In this document: piece by piece, positions 28,665 to 39,110 of the stretch
Layout of the letters: each line of letters begins with the position of its first letter
How positions within the stretch are numbered: position 1 is the stretch's first letter
From: Minisyncoccota bacterium
GTDB taxonomy: Bacteria; Patescibacteriota; Minisyncoccia; Phycocordibacterales; UBA12088
Reading direction: 5' to 3'
DNA: 64,000 bases
Assembly (NCBI GenBank): GCA_041920275.1
Contig: JAYRSE010000007.1
Span: 20,517-84,516, forward strand
Translations under genes and position numbers: made by a program
Notes under the pieces: generated by a model
What the model saw: the letters and a program-made list of their open reading frames with translations, nothing else
Told to the model about the DNA's origin: nothing
The model's database searches: none

Positions 28665-29942
28665 ATGCCCCAAGTTCAACCAGAGGTGGAATCCTTCGCA
28701 CGCATTCGCGTGGTGGGAGTCGGCGGTTCTGGAGGCAACGCCATCAACCACATGATCAACTCCGATGTCAAGGGGGTTGAGTTCATCGCGATCAACACCG
28801 ACGCGCAGGATCTCCAGCATTCGAAAGCGAAAAAGAAAGTGCATGTGGGCAAAAACCTCACACGCGGCCTCGGTGCGGGCGGTAATCCCGATTTCGGCCG
28901 TCGTGCCGCGGAAGAGACGCAGGAGGAGGTCCTTGAAGCACTTCGCGATTCCGACATGGTGTTCATCGCGTGCGGCATGGGTGGCGGCACCGGCACCGGC
29001 GCCGCACCGATCATAGCGAAACTTGCCAAGGAGGCGGGGGCGCTCACGGTGGGAGTGGTTACGAAACCCTTCACCTTCGAAGGACAGCAACGTATGCGCT
29101 CAGCGGAGGAAGGTATCACTGCACTCAAGGCGGAAGTGGACGCCATCATCACCATACCGAACGATCGACTGCTTGCGATCGTCGATCGTGACACGTCGGT
29201 CCTCAACGCATTTGCGCTCTGTGACGACGTACTACGTCAAGCGGTCGAGGGTATCTCGGATCTCATCACCTCTCCGGGTATCGTGAACGTAGACTTCGCG
29301 GATATCAAGACCGTCATGCAAAGCGCCGGCTCCGCACTCATGGGAATCGGCCTCGCGTCGGGAGAAAAACGCGCAGAGGAAGCGGCGCAACGAGCGATCA
29401 ATTCACCACTACTCGAGGTCTCCATCTCGGGTGCGCGCGGCGTACTCTTTGCGATAGCGGGGGGCGAGGATCTCGGTATGCTTGAGGTGCAAGATGCTGC
29501 ACGCATCATCACCGAAAGTATCGATCCGAACGCGCGCGTCATATTCGGTGCGTTCCGTGATGACAAGTTGAAGAAAGATGAGATCAAGGTGACCGTTATC
29601 GCCACCGGGTTCATTGAGGATTCGCACACTGATATCGAAACACCGTTCACAAGCATCGCAAGGCCGATCGAGAAGCGTGAGGAAAGCGAACGCATCGGAC
29701 AGATCCACAACACCCTCATCGACAATCGTGACATTCGTCCCACCACCCCGCCCCGTCCGATCGCCCCGTTCGGTCGCCATAAAGAGCTTCCGATCGACGA
29801 ACCGGTACGTGAAGAAAAGCGCCCAACACGACCTTCCACACCCCAGGAACCCGCCGCTCCCGCAAAGCCTTCCGGCGAAGAGGAGGACGACGATTCGGAG
29901 TGGGGCATTCCACCGTTTCTCCGCCGCTCGAAGATCAAGTGA
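28665..29942 (+). CDS. ftsZ: Cell division protein FtsZ
   Basis: GVGGSGGNA, GGGTGTG, NVDFAD and C-terminal IPPFLR motifs. Confidence 0.98.
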   Translation: MPQVQPEVESFARIRVVGVGGSGGNAINHMINSDVKGVEFIAINTDAQDLQHSKAKKKVHVGKNLTRGLGAGGNPDFGRRAAEETQEEVLEALRDSDMVFIACGMGGGTGTGAAPIIAKLAKEAGALTVGVVTKPFTFEGQQRMRSAEEGITALKAEVDAIITIPNDRLLAIVDRDTSVLNAFALCDDVLRQAVEGISDLITSPGIVNVDFADIKTVMQSAGSALMGIGLASGEKRAEEAAQRAINSPLLEVSISGARGVLFAIAGGEDLGMLEVQDAARIITESIDPNARVIFGAFRDDKLKKDEIKVTVIATGFIEDSHTDIETPFTSIARPIEKREESERIGQIHNTLIDNRDIRPTTPPRPIAPFGRHKELPIDEPVREEKRPTRPSTPQEPAAPAKPSGEEEDDDSEWGIPPFLRRSKIK

Positions 29943-30103
29943 TCGGAGCACCTCGAAGTACCACAGCACCGCGGTGCTGTGTGTGATATACTTAGCGACA
30001 TATCAACCATTAACGGTTTCGCACGTAGTTGCTCTTGTATTCACCTCGCCTCGACCGACGAGTAACCCTATGGGGTAACGCGTGCGATTCCCGATCACAC
30101 CTT

Positions 30104-31033
30104 ATGTCCACTTCACCTCAGTATGACCTGCTCATTATCGGCGGTGGCCCCGCCGCGTGCGCCGCCGCGGTGTACGCGGGTCGTAAGCAATTGCGCACCC
30201 TGCTCATCACCAAGGATTGGGGCGGTCAAAGCATCGTCTCGCCCGGGATACAGAACTGGATCGGCACCATCGAGATCCCCGGCGAGGAGCTCGCTCGTCA
30301 GCTGAAGCAGCATGCGCTTGCCTATGCAGGATCGTACGTTACGGTCAAGGAGGGTGTTACCGTCGACCGAGTGACCGGCTCGTCGGGAGCGTTCTCCGTC
30401 ACCCAGAGTGACGGAGAGACCGCAACGACACGTGCGGTCTTGGTGGCATCCGGCGCACGCAGACGCACGCTCACCGTACCGGGAGCGGACACCTTCGAAC
30501 ACAAGGGAGTCACCTACTGCGCCACTTGTGACGGGCCACTCTTCAGCGGCATGGACGTCGCAGTGATCGGGGGTGGCAATGCGGGTTTCGAATCCGCCGC
30601 GCAGCTCCTCGCATACGCAAAGAGCGTGACGTTGCTCGAACGGAACCCGAACTACCGCGCGGAACCCATCACGGTCGAAAAGGTACTTGCGCATCCGAAC
30701 ATGCGCGGCATCACCCAGGCGGAGCTTACGGAAGTGACCGGAGATCGTATGGTGAGCGGCATCACGTACCGCGACCTTGCGTCGGGCGTAACGCATACCC
30801 TGTCCGTTCAGGGCGTCTTTGTGGAGATCGGTGCGATACCGAACACCGACATGGTGAAGGGACTTGCAGAACTCGACGCATACGGACGGGTGAAGGTGGA
30901 TCCTCGTACGCAGCGCACGTCATGTGAGGGTATTTGGGCCGCAGGCGATTGCACCGACTGTCTCTACGCACAGAACAACATCGCGGTCGGCGATGCGGTG
31001 AAGGCGCTCGAGGACATCTATCGCGCACTCTGA
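30104..31033 (+). CDS. trxB: Thioredoxin reductase / AhpF-like FAD oxidoreductase
   Basis: GGGPAA, YCATCDG, GGGNAG and AAGD motifs. Confidence 0.88.
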   Translation: MSTSPQYDLLIIGGGPAACAAAVYAGRKQLRTLLITKDWGGQSIVSPGIQNWIGTIEIPGEELARQLKQHALAYAGSYVTVKEGVTVDRVTGSSGAFSVTQSDGETATTRAVLVASGARRRTLTVPGADTFEHKGVTYCATCDGPLFSGMDVAVIGGGNAGFESAAQLLAYAKSVTLLERNPNYRAEPITVEKVLAHPNMRGITQAELTEVTGDRMVSGITYRDLASGVTHTLSVQGVFVEIGAIPNTDMVKGLAELDAYGRVKVDPRTQRTSCEGIWAAGDCTDCLYAQNNIAVGDAVKALEDIYRAL

Positions 31034-31040
31034 CACTTCA

Positions 31041-32717
31041 CTACTCGTCTTGCCTCGAGACAAATAGCCGCAAAAAACGGATCTCTTCGTACGCGTAACG
31101 ATGCGAAAGGTGTGTACGCAATGTCGTGAGACCCCACCCATATGTTCGAACCGCTTCAGCAACCTCATCAACCGCTTCTTCGAACGACTCATCATCGGGA
31201 GCAAGGTGTGCGATGTTGTCAACACGGAGAACTCCATCACGCAACAGATGCTCAAGGTGTGTCATGATCGTACCCTCGGTCAACCCTCGCTCATCCGCCA
31301 TCTCGCGTATGGTGAGACCTCCTTGGACCAACACTCGCGTCTTTTCATAGGTGCTCGCTTTTTTTTCTTTCTTCGTTCCCGCCGAACCTCTTGCCGGATC
31401 CGGTTCACTCCCTCCGCATGCATGCACGAACGCGCGGGTGAGCTCCCGCAAACGTTCTTCCGGTGTCGCGGCAAGACGTCGTGCGACCCGCTCGGAAGAC
31501 TCCAGGAAGAACCGATCCGCCTCGGCTACCGCCGGATGCCGCAGGTACGCGAGCTCGGATATGCCCTCAAGGTAGATACCCGAAAGCGAACGTACGCGCG
31601 AGAGCGATACGTACCCCTGCCCCTCGACAAAGGTCTTGCGCAGGTCCATCCGGGCCGCGTCGAGGGTAAGCCCTTGACTTTTATGTACCGTGACCGCCCA
31701 CGCAAGGCGGAGCGGGATCTGGATGAGCTCCGCCTTCACCTTGTCACCTTCCTCCATTTTCCAACTGTCCTCCTCGAGCTCAAGCTCGAAACCGCCGTGC
31801 GTCTGAATGACCGGTGTCCCGAATGCGTTGAACCGCACGATCGTACCGAGCGTACCGTTCACATACTTTCCTTGAGGGTGATTTTTGATACACATCACCG
31901 CCGCACCCTCTTTGAGCTGCAAGACTTCCGGCACCGAGGTTCCGCGCTTCAGTACTTCAAGATGCTTCTTACTTCCTTTGGTGCGCATATGAAAGGAGCG
32001 CACCGACCCCGGCAATCGTGCGAGCTGCTCGTTGTTCAAACGGTCCACATCAACGTTGTGGGTATAGAGGTGAGGCACTTCGCGAGCGGGAACGCATCCG
32101 ATACGCTCTTCAAGCACCGCACGCAACTCACGCGGAACGTGACCGGCTCGGATCCCGTTCAAAATGGCAAGCAGGGTCTCATCATCTTGTCGGTACTGCT
32201 CGTGCAGGTAACACACGTTGGGTGCGAGCGCATGCCACGCATCACTCCCGAACGCAAAACGCATCGTATCACCCCCGCGCACAACGGGAGGAAGCTGAAA
32301 AAAATCTCCACAGAGCACGACCTGCATACCGCCGAACGGCACATCGCTCGAAAGTCCGGCACGGATCGCCTGATCGACCAAGTCGAGCGTGGTGCCCGAA
32401 AGCATGGAAACCTCGTCGATAATGAGGACTTGGGTGTCCCGAAAACGTTTGACCAGTCGCTCGTTCTGTGCAATGTGATCGAGCTCGTACGGACCGAGAT
32501 ACTCCTTGACCCCCACACCCGACCAGCTGTGTACCGTCTGCCCTCCTATGTGCGTCGAAGCGATGCCGGTCGATGCGGTGATCGCCGGCTCGATACCGCG
32601 TTCACGCAACCATCGCACGTACCGGTTGATCACGTACGTCTTGCCGCTTCCCGCCGCACCGGTCAAAAACACGTTCTTACCAAGGCAAAGCACGGAAAAA
32701 GCTTCATCTTGTGTCAT
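31041..32717 (-). CDS. PIF1-family helicase with C-terminal HTH
   Basis: TGAAGSGKT, IIDEVSM, GDFFQLPP, TVHKSQGLT and YVSLSR motifs; HTH IREMADERGLTEGTI. Confidence 0.92.
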   Translation of the reverse strand: MTQDEAFSVLCLGKNVFLTGAAGSGKTYVINRYVRWLRERGIEPAITASTGIASTHIGGQTVHSWSGVGVKEYLGPYELDHIAQNERLVKRFRDTQVLIIDEVSMLSGTTLDLVDQAIRAGLSSDVPFGGMQVVLCGDFFQLPPVVRGGDTMRFAFGSDAWHALAPNVCYLHEQYRQDDETLLAILNGIRAGHVPRELRAVLEERIGCVPAREVPHLYTHNVDVDRLNNEQLARLPGSVRSFHMRTKGSKKHLEVLKRGTSVPEVLQLKEGAAVMCIKNHPQGKYVNGTLGTIVRFNAFGTPVIQTHGGFELELEEDSWKMEEGDKVKAELIQIPLRLAWAVTVHKSQGLTLDAARMDLRKTFVEGQGYVSLSRVRSLSGIYLEGISELAYLRHPAVAEADRFFLESSERVARRLAATPEERLRELTRAFVHACGGSEPDPARGSAGTKKEKKASTYEKTRVLVQGGLTIREMADERGLTEGTIMTHLEHLLRDGVLRVDNIAHLAPDDESFEEAVDEVAEAVRTYGWGLTTLRTHLSHRYAYEEIRFLRLFVSRQDE

Positions 32718-32898
32718 GCTCATCAGCGTACCACACTCTCTGGAAAGAACACACTTTTCCACAGTGTCTCCCTTGCGCGACACATACACGACGCATATAT
32801 TTGGAATTATGCATAAGAGCAACGCATTCGTACTCCTACTCGTTGTCGGAACGCGCCATGCGTCAGGTCCTTGTGCATAAACAACCAAAAAGAACCGC

Positions 32899-32932
32899 AC
32901 AAAAAACCTGACGCAAGTCGGGGATTTTTTGT
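32899..32932. terminator. Bidirectional-type terminator
   Basis: ACAAAAAACCTGAC-GCAA-GTCGGGGATTTTTTGT. Confidence 0.6.
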
Positions 32933-33006
32933 ACAAACAGCTCTTTCAAGGAGAATCGGGATGGTATATTACAGCATCGAATTGACGACCCCGTGTGGCG
33001 CTGAAC

Positions 33007-33267
33007 TCAAAGAGTGCAATCGCCTACCGGGATCGAGCCGCTGTGCCAAGAAGGTGAGCAACTGCACGTGCCCCTCAAGCAATGGTGTCTGCATTTCTCG
33101 CTGGTGCATCGGTAAAAAGATCTGCGTAGACGCCACACCGAAGGCGTGATCGCACCCATACGGTACGTGTTCACCAAACACCTCTGCCCGCACGAAGGTA
33201 CCCTCAAATCCTCGCGTGCGCAAAAGGCCGACTGGGATCGGCCTTTTCCTATGATTCTGATCCTCAC
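33007..33267 (-). CDS. Cys-rich hypothetical protein (86 aa)
   Basis: GTG start overlaps the upstream stop (GTGA); Cys-rich C-terminal half. Confidence 0.45.
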   Translation of the reverse strand: MRIRIIGKGRSQSAFCAREDLRVPSCGQRCLVNTYRMGAITPSVWRLRRSFYRCTSEKCRHHCLRGTCSCSPSWHSGSIPVGDCTL

Positions 33268-33647
33268 ACCGGATTGAGCTTACGAAGGAGCAAACGACGT
33301 TGCTCGAGTTCCTTTCTTTGCAGCTCGAAATACACTCGTCCGGCCTTAGTGATCGAATACCTCTCACCATCCTTGATGACGTGCCCAAGTCGCTCATGCA
33401 TGTCCATAAAATGTTCGAGTGAGCACCACAGGCACGCGATCACTCGTTCGTCAACGGCCTCATGCGAAGCACCGGAAAGTGTGCGTCCCTCAAGCCACTC
33501 CTTCACCCGATCATGCGTTTCGGGTTGGACTCTGTTAAAGGCGTCCATCTGCCTTTTGATCTCTGCAAGCGTGATACCGTCACCGTCACGACCGAGCAAG
33601 GAAACACCCACGACGGTCACCCCGATCAGGTGATGCATCTTTTTCAT
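33264..33647 (-). CDS. Hypothetical protein, possible winged-helix
   Basis: GGAGG RBS; RYSITKAGR wing-like motif. Confidence 0.65.
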   Translation of the reverse strand: MKKMHHLIGVTVVGVSLLGRDGDGITLAEIKRQMDAFNRVQPETHDRVKEWLEGRTLSGASHEAVDERVIACLWCSLEHFMDMHERLGHVIKDGERYSITKAGRVYFELQRKELEQRRLLLRKLNPV

Positions 33648-33873
33648 GCGTCATCCTCCAAATCCAAATCTGCCTACATCGATAATAGCACCAAATTCGC
33701 ACGACACAACATACCAACCAACCCTCAAACCACCATTCCCACACCATGGTGACTTTGTTCGATTGACATATCATGTAATGTCGATATATTTATCGTGCGA
33801 CCACATACGCATGCGGAGTCACCGGTGCACGACAGCATCCGATACGTCCTCACCATCATATCCGACCCACAAC

Positions 33874-36309
33874 GTGAAAAAGAGACAAAACACCGAACAC
33901 TCCGAATTATCCGGAAAGACTATCATATTGGTCAACACCGGTTCGATGAAGAAAAAGTTCATCGTACAGCGACTGAAACAGCTCGGTCTTCGTATCATCG
34001 CAATCCATCATGAAAAGAACTGGGCCGCACCGTATGTCGATCGCTGGATACTCACCGACACCAAAAATCACACCAAGGCACTTGAAGATGTCGATTCGTT
34101 CCTGCACACACATACCGATCTTTCCGTGGATGGCATTCTTACCTTTTGGGAGGACGACGTGCTCTTGACCTCGAAGATCGCCGAGGAGCTTGACCTGATC
34201 AGCGTGCCGGTCGCAATTGCGCGGCAGGTGCGTGACAAATTTTTATTCAGGACGTTCTGTACCGAGAACGACATCCGCACACCAGAACATTTGCTTATTA
34301 AGGACGAACGGGATCTTGATCACGTCGTCGCCAACTTCACCTTCCCCGTCGTACTCAAGCCCACATTCGGCTCCGGGAGTGCATTTGTCATCAAGGCGCA
34401 AGACAAAGAGGAATTCTTCAATACGTACGAGTATATCGATCGCAACATATCTCCCAACATTGAATCTTCACTCAATGAGGGTCTCGATGTGCTGGTTGAA
34501 AGTTATATCGACGGCGACGAGGTCGATATCGATATCCTGCTCCAGAACGGAAAGATCAAATACTTTGCCATCGTCGACAACTATCGAACCGAGGAACCTT
34601 TTTTCATCGAAACCCAGCAAGCGATCCCCTCTGAACTTCCACGGAAGGACCAAGACGCGCTCGTGGAGATGGCCGAAACGGTGCTCGAAAAGTTGGGAAT
34701 CCAGAACGGCTGTATCCACTTCGAAGCAAAGGCGACTCGCCGGGGACCGGTACCGATCGAGATAAACCTCCGCATGGGGGGCGATGAGACCTACACATTC
34801 AGCAAAGAGGCATGGGGTGTTGATTTGATCGAGGGTGCGGCGAAGATCGCACTTGGAATATACCTCCCGAAGGTGCAAAAGCCGGATACCCCTCGAAAAT
34901 ACCTTATGAGCAACACGTTCACTCCGAAACAATCGGGACTTCTCGTCAAACTCGATGTAGACGAGCAAATAAAGAAAGTACCGGGCGTAGAGGAACTCTG
35001 TCTTTTCAAGCAAGCGGGCGATGCGGTATTGGTACCTCCCGAAGGATACGAGTATCTCGGTTGGATCGTGGTCTCGGGTGAGAATCCGCTCGATACGGAA
35101 CACAACTTCAACGAGGCACTGAAATGCATACGCTATGATGTCGCCCGATTCCACTCATCCTCTTCAATCGGGAAGACGCTTCGGCGAAACCGTTTTTCCA
35201 TGGCATCCGCCAACAAGGAACTCCTTGAAGGGGCGGCAAAGATCGAACGCATGCGACGCACCTCGATCAAGAACCAACGAAACCTGCATGTCGGTGTGGT
35301 CTACAACATGTTCCAAGAAGAAGATGGGGTCGTGGAAGCGGCACTCTCGGCAATGGGTACCGATATTGAGGAGGCACTCCATGAGCGCGGATATCAAACC
35401 ACCCCATTCGACATGAACGAACCCGTGCGCTGTATTAACGAGCTCAAGGGCAGCAATGTCGATATTGTATTCAATGCGTGTGGCAGGATCAACAATTCAA
35501 GCATGCTCAAGCCGCATGCGGCAGCGATTCTCGATATGTTGCGAATACCGTATACCGGATCCAATCCATTCACCCTCGGTCTCTGCAATGATAAGATACG
35601 GATCAAAAAGCTGCTCTCGTTCCACGGCATACCGACTCCGCGCTGGGATTACGCCTACACCATCGAGGATGACATCGACCAGACGCTCAAGTATCCACTC
35701 ATCGTAAAGCCGGCGAATACCGACAACTCGATCGGTATTACCAATGACTCGGTCGTCACCGATCGCGCACAGCTCCAGCAGCGACTCGCGTATGTCATTC
35801 ACGAACTCGGGAGTCCCGCGCTCATCGAGGAATACATCGACGGCGATGAATACGCGGTGCCGATCATCGGGAGCGAGGAAGACGACCTCCGAGTCCTTCC
35901 CCTCTCCCGCATTACGTTCGACACCTTGCCGAACGAGCTGTGGCACATCCTTCCGTACGATGCGAAGTGGGGGGACAAAACACCGTACGAAAAGATCTCC
36001 GTTGAGGAACCCTCGAAGAACACGAACAAGAAACTCGAGTCACTGATCACCGAGATCGCTCTCGACACGTACAATATACTCGATTGCCACGATTATGGTA
36101 TCGTGGAGATCAAGGTGGACAAAAACAGCAACCCATACGTACTTGAACTCAACCCGAACCAACACATGCGTACCGAGGACATACTTCCCCGTGCCGCACG
36201 GCTGGTGAAAATGAGCTACGCGGACCTGGTAGAAGAGATCATCCGAATCGCGATCAAACGATACGAGAACAGGCCACACTATTACCACCTGCAAACCGAC
36301 TCCATGTAG
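33874..36309 (+). CDS. Double ATP-grasp protein: L-amino-acid-ligase-like domain fused to a Ddl-like domain
   Basis: Domain 1: RDKFLFR, PVVLKP, VESYIDG, IEINLRMGG. Domain 2: NDKIRIK, PLIVKP...SIGI, IEEYIDG, YDAKW, LELNPN. Start uncertain (33811 is an alternative). Confidence 0.88.
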   Translation: MKKRQNTEHSELSGKTIILVNTGSMKKKFIVQRLKQLGLRIIAIHHEKNWAAPYVDRWILTDTKNHTKALEDVDSFLHTHTDLSVDGILTFWEDDVLLTSKIAEELDLISVPVAIARQVRDKFLFRTFCTENDIRTPEHLLIKDERDLDHVVANFTFPVVLKPTFGSGSAFVIKAQDKEEFFNTYEYIDRNISPNIESSLNEGLDVLVESYIDGDEVDIDILLQNGKIKYFAIVDNYRTEEPFFIETQQAIPSELPRKDQDALVEMAETVLEKLGIQNGCIHFEAKATRRGPVPIEINLRMGGDETYTFSKEAWGVDLIEGAAKIALGIYLPKVQKPDTPRKYLMSNTFTPKQSGLLVKLDVDEQIKKVPGVEELCLFKQAGDAVLVPPEGYEYLGWIVVSGENPLDTEHNFNEALKCIRYDVARFHSSSSIGKTLRRNRFSMASANKELLEGAAKIERMRRTSIKNQRNLHVGVVYNMFQEEDGVVEAALSAMGTDIEEALHERGYQTTPFDMNEPVRCINELKGSNVDIVFNACGRINNSSMLKPHAAAILDMLRIPYTGSNPFTLGLCNDKIRIKKLLSFHGIPTPRWDYAYTIEDDIDQTLKYPLIVKPANTDNSIGITNDSVVTDRAQLQQRLAYVIHELGSPALIEEYIDGDEYAVPIIGSEEDDLRVLPLSRITFDTLPNELWHILPYDAKWGDKTPYEKISVEEPSKNTNKKLESLITEIALDTYNILDCHDYGIVEIKVDKNSNPYVLELNPNQHMRTEDILPRAARLVKMSYADLVEEIIRIAIKRYENRPHYYHLQTDSM

Positions 36310-36357
36310 TAACGTACAAGAGAGCGGCATTACCGACGCTAATTAAACACAGATACC

Positions 36358-37761
36358 ATGAATACACCGAACAGGCCGCTACCACAAGAGCTCGTTGTTG
36401 ACGGCAAAATCACCGACAGCGGGATCACGGTCGTCGTGAACAAAGAACGTTTTCCTATCCGCTATCCGAAGGCCATTTGGGCGAGCTACCCCGAGGATGC
36501 AAAGGCGGCGCTTTGCGATGCTCTGACGGTGAGTTCGACCATGTTCCTTCCCCAGATCTTGTCCCTTCCCGAAATACGCTACAAGACCGCACGAACCCTT
36601 GCCGAAACGTTCTTTTTCAAGAACGGCATCTACGACATGCCTTGCACGGCCATCTCGGATAAGAAATCGTCGATCACATACATCAAGGATTTCTTCAATG
36701 TTCGCTCGCATTTCGGCACCAATGTGATCCGAACCGTCCATACCGAACGTCCGATCTCGGACACGCCGACCGCCATCATCCCCTTCTCTTTCGGCAAAGA
36801 GAGCATGCTCACACTTGCCCTCTGTAAGGAGCTCGGCATCAGACCGATCCCGATCATTTTCATCGAACCTTCACACACCTTCGAACATGCGCACAAAAAG
36901 AAAATGATCGCTCTCTTCGAAAAGGAGTTCGACGTAAAGATATACATCACAGAGAATGCACCGGGTATTTTCAGGTATGGAAAATACTGGGGGTTTTCGA
37001 CGGAGCTTGGGTGGGGACTCCACACCACGGAATGTGCACTGCTTACACTTCCGTTTGCACACCACTTCAATGCGGACTACATCATCCTTGGAAACGAACA
37101 ATCATGCAACGATTTCTACATGAACAAAGAGGGTGTGCTCACATACTCCGCAGCCTATGATCAACACACCGACTGGACCACTCAACAAGGACTCCTTGCT
37201 TCCCTGTTGCTCGGTAGGGAGATCGAGGTTGCAAGCTTCATGGAGCCGCTGTACGAACTCGCGATACTGAAGGTGCTACACACTCGTTATCCTGCATACG
37301 GCGCGTACCAAATGTCGTGCTTTGCGAACAATGAACAGGCGAAAGAGGTACGGTGGTGCCAGAACTGCTCGAAATGCGCGTACGTCTATGCACTCTCAGC
37401 GGCCTCCGACATCGACCTTGAGCGCATGGGCTTCACGGAAAACCTGTTTGACAACGCGCACGCACACCTGTACACAGATTTCTTCAAAAAAAATGTTCCG
37501 GGTCTTGAGTATGGGACCAAGGAAGAGCTTGGCCTTGCATTCTTACTTGCCACCGACCGTGGCCGAACCGGTCACACGATCGATCTATTTCGAAAAAAGT
37601 CGTACGCTCATTTCGCCACACAGAAAGAAGAGCTCATGCGTCGGTACCTGGGCATCCACCCGTTCCAGAACATCCCGAACGATGTTTCCCCTGAGATCGT
37701 GCGCATATACGAACAAGAGCTCGGGGTATCCAAAACGAAAACACGTTTCCGTTCAAAATAG
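36358..37761 (+). CDS. MurL-like (PP-loop) putative peptide epimerase
   Basis: PFSFGKES PP-loop variant, GNEQS, SC and WCQNCSKC motifs resemble MurL-family proteins. Confidence 0.65.
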   Translation: MNTPNRPLPQELVVDGKITDSGITVVVNKERFPIRYPKAIWASYPEDAKAALCDALTVSSTMFLPQILSLPEIRYKTARTLAETFFFKNGIYDMPCTAISDKKSSITYIKDFFNVRSHFGTNVIRTVHTERPISDTPTAIIPFSFGKESMLTLALCKELGIRPIPIIFIEPSHTFEHAHKKKMIALFEKEFDVKIYITENAPGIFRYGKYWGFSTELGWGLHTTECALLTLPFAHHFNADYIILGNEQSCNDFYMNKEGVLTYSAAYDQHTDWTTQQGLLASLLLGREIEVASFMEPLYELAILKVLHTRYPAYGAYQMSCFANNEQAKEVRWCQNCSKCAYVYALSAASDIDLERMGFTENLFDNAHAHLYTDFFKKNVPGLEYGTKEELGLAFLLATDRGRTGHTIDLFRKKSYAHFATQKEELMRRYLGIHPFQNIPNDVSPEIVRIYEQELGVSKTKTRFRSK

Positions 37762-37796
37762 TCCTTCCGGCCACACCATGTCAAGACGGGTAACTC

Positions 37797-39110
37797 ATGA
37801 AAAGTACACATTCCACTTCACGCACCATGGCGGTTTGGCTCAACATGCTGGAGCCCATCTTTTTTCACGAACGTGACCGCGATGGACTCTTGATCATCGC
37901 ACTCGATCACACTCCGGTCGCAGAGTACGCGCGGAAACACTACCGTTCCGACGAACTGCTTTTGGTATCAAGTACTCGACCGCTCCCATGTCCCACGTTC
38001 GACGAACTCCTTACCGAGACCGACCTTGCGGATCGACTCATGGAGCGATCGGTCACCCAACTCGCGGTACCGTACCGCACCAAGAAAGAGTACCGCGTGT
38101 GGGCTCGCGCTCACCACATCACGCTCATAACCCCTTCGGCACATATACAGAATCGCCTCGAGAACAAACGAGCGTTCCAACGACTGCTCGAAGGCCATGG
38201 CGTGCGTACACCCGCAGTACTTCGTGAACGAGCGCAGGTGCTGCCGGGAAAAACATACGTGATCCAAAAGAGCGTCGGCTCGGGCATGCTTGGCACCGAG
38301 TTTCTTCGAGCGGATGACGTGCGAGACATTCACTTCACCCGTTCAACCCTTGTCCGCGAGTACGTGGAGGGAATCCCTATCGGCGTAAGCATCATCATCG
38401 ATCGAGCGGGAATTGCGATCTTTTCGGCGACGCGAAGACAGTGTTTTGAGTACGAGAACGGCTTTCCGAAGACATTCCTCGGCATACAGTGGCTCCCTGC
38501 CGACTTCCTTTCGAAACAGACGATCGAATCGATCCGCCACGAACTAATGCGTGTCTGCTCGTTACTTCACACTGCATCCTTCGCCGGCATGGCCAACATC
38601 GACCTCGTCATAGCACACGACCGCGCGTACGTACTTGAATGCAATCCGCGCCTCTCTGCGTCGACCCCACAACTCTTTTCCGTACCGGGACTCACCGCAC
38701 ATGCGGAACCGTGGCCACTCTATGTGCGCGCCTGTTTACGCAAGCGATTCGACCTGTCAAATACTCTTATTTGTCACATTCCCAAGAGCCCCTACATGGG
38801 CTCCACGCTCGATATCGACGTGCCTGCATGTTCCGACACAACACACGTTCCCCCCGTGGGGACCTACCGCCTCACCCCCGCCGGCGTGTCTTTTGTCGAA
38901 AAGGATCGACACCTATCGGATGATCACAACACGTTCTTCCTTTTTCACGAACTCAGCGAACCACATACCCGCATACAACAAGCATTCACGCTCGCGAGCA
39001 TCTACAGCAACACGCCACTCTACGACCACACCACCGGCACCTTGAACGCGCACGGATCAAAACTGCGCACTGCCGTATGTACCTTATTCGGTTACCATCC
39101 CACCCCATGA
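37797..39110 (+). CDS. ATP-grasp domain protein
   Basis: LENKRAF, GSGMLGT, VREYVEG, NID and LECNPRLSAS motifs. Confidence 0.82.
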   Translation: MKSTHSTSRTMAVWLNMLEPIFFHERDRDGLLIIALDHTPVAEYARKHYRSDELLLVSSTRPLPCPTFDELLTETDLADRLMERSVTQLAVPYRTKKEYRVWARAHHITLITPSAHIQNRLENKRAFQRLLEGHGVRTPAVLRERAQVLPGKTYVIQKSVGSGMLGTEFLRADDVRDIHFTRSTLVREYVEGIPIGVSIIIDRAGIAIFSATRRQCFEYENGFPKTFLGIQWLPADFLSKQTIESIRHELMRVCSLLHTASFAGMANIDLVIAHDRAYVLECNPRLSASTPQLFSVPGLTAHAEPWPLYVRACLRKRFDLSNTLICHIPKSPYMGSTLDIDVPACSDTTHVPPVGTYRLTPAGVSFVEKDRHLSDDHNTFFLFHELSEPHTRIQQAFTLASIYSNTPLYDHTTGTLNAHGSKLRTAVCTLFGYHPTP

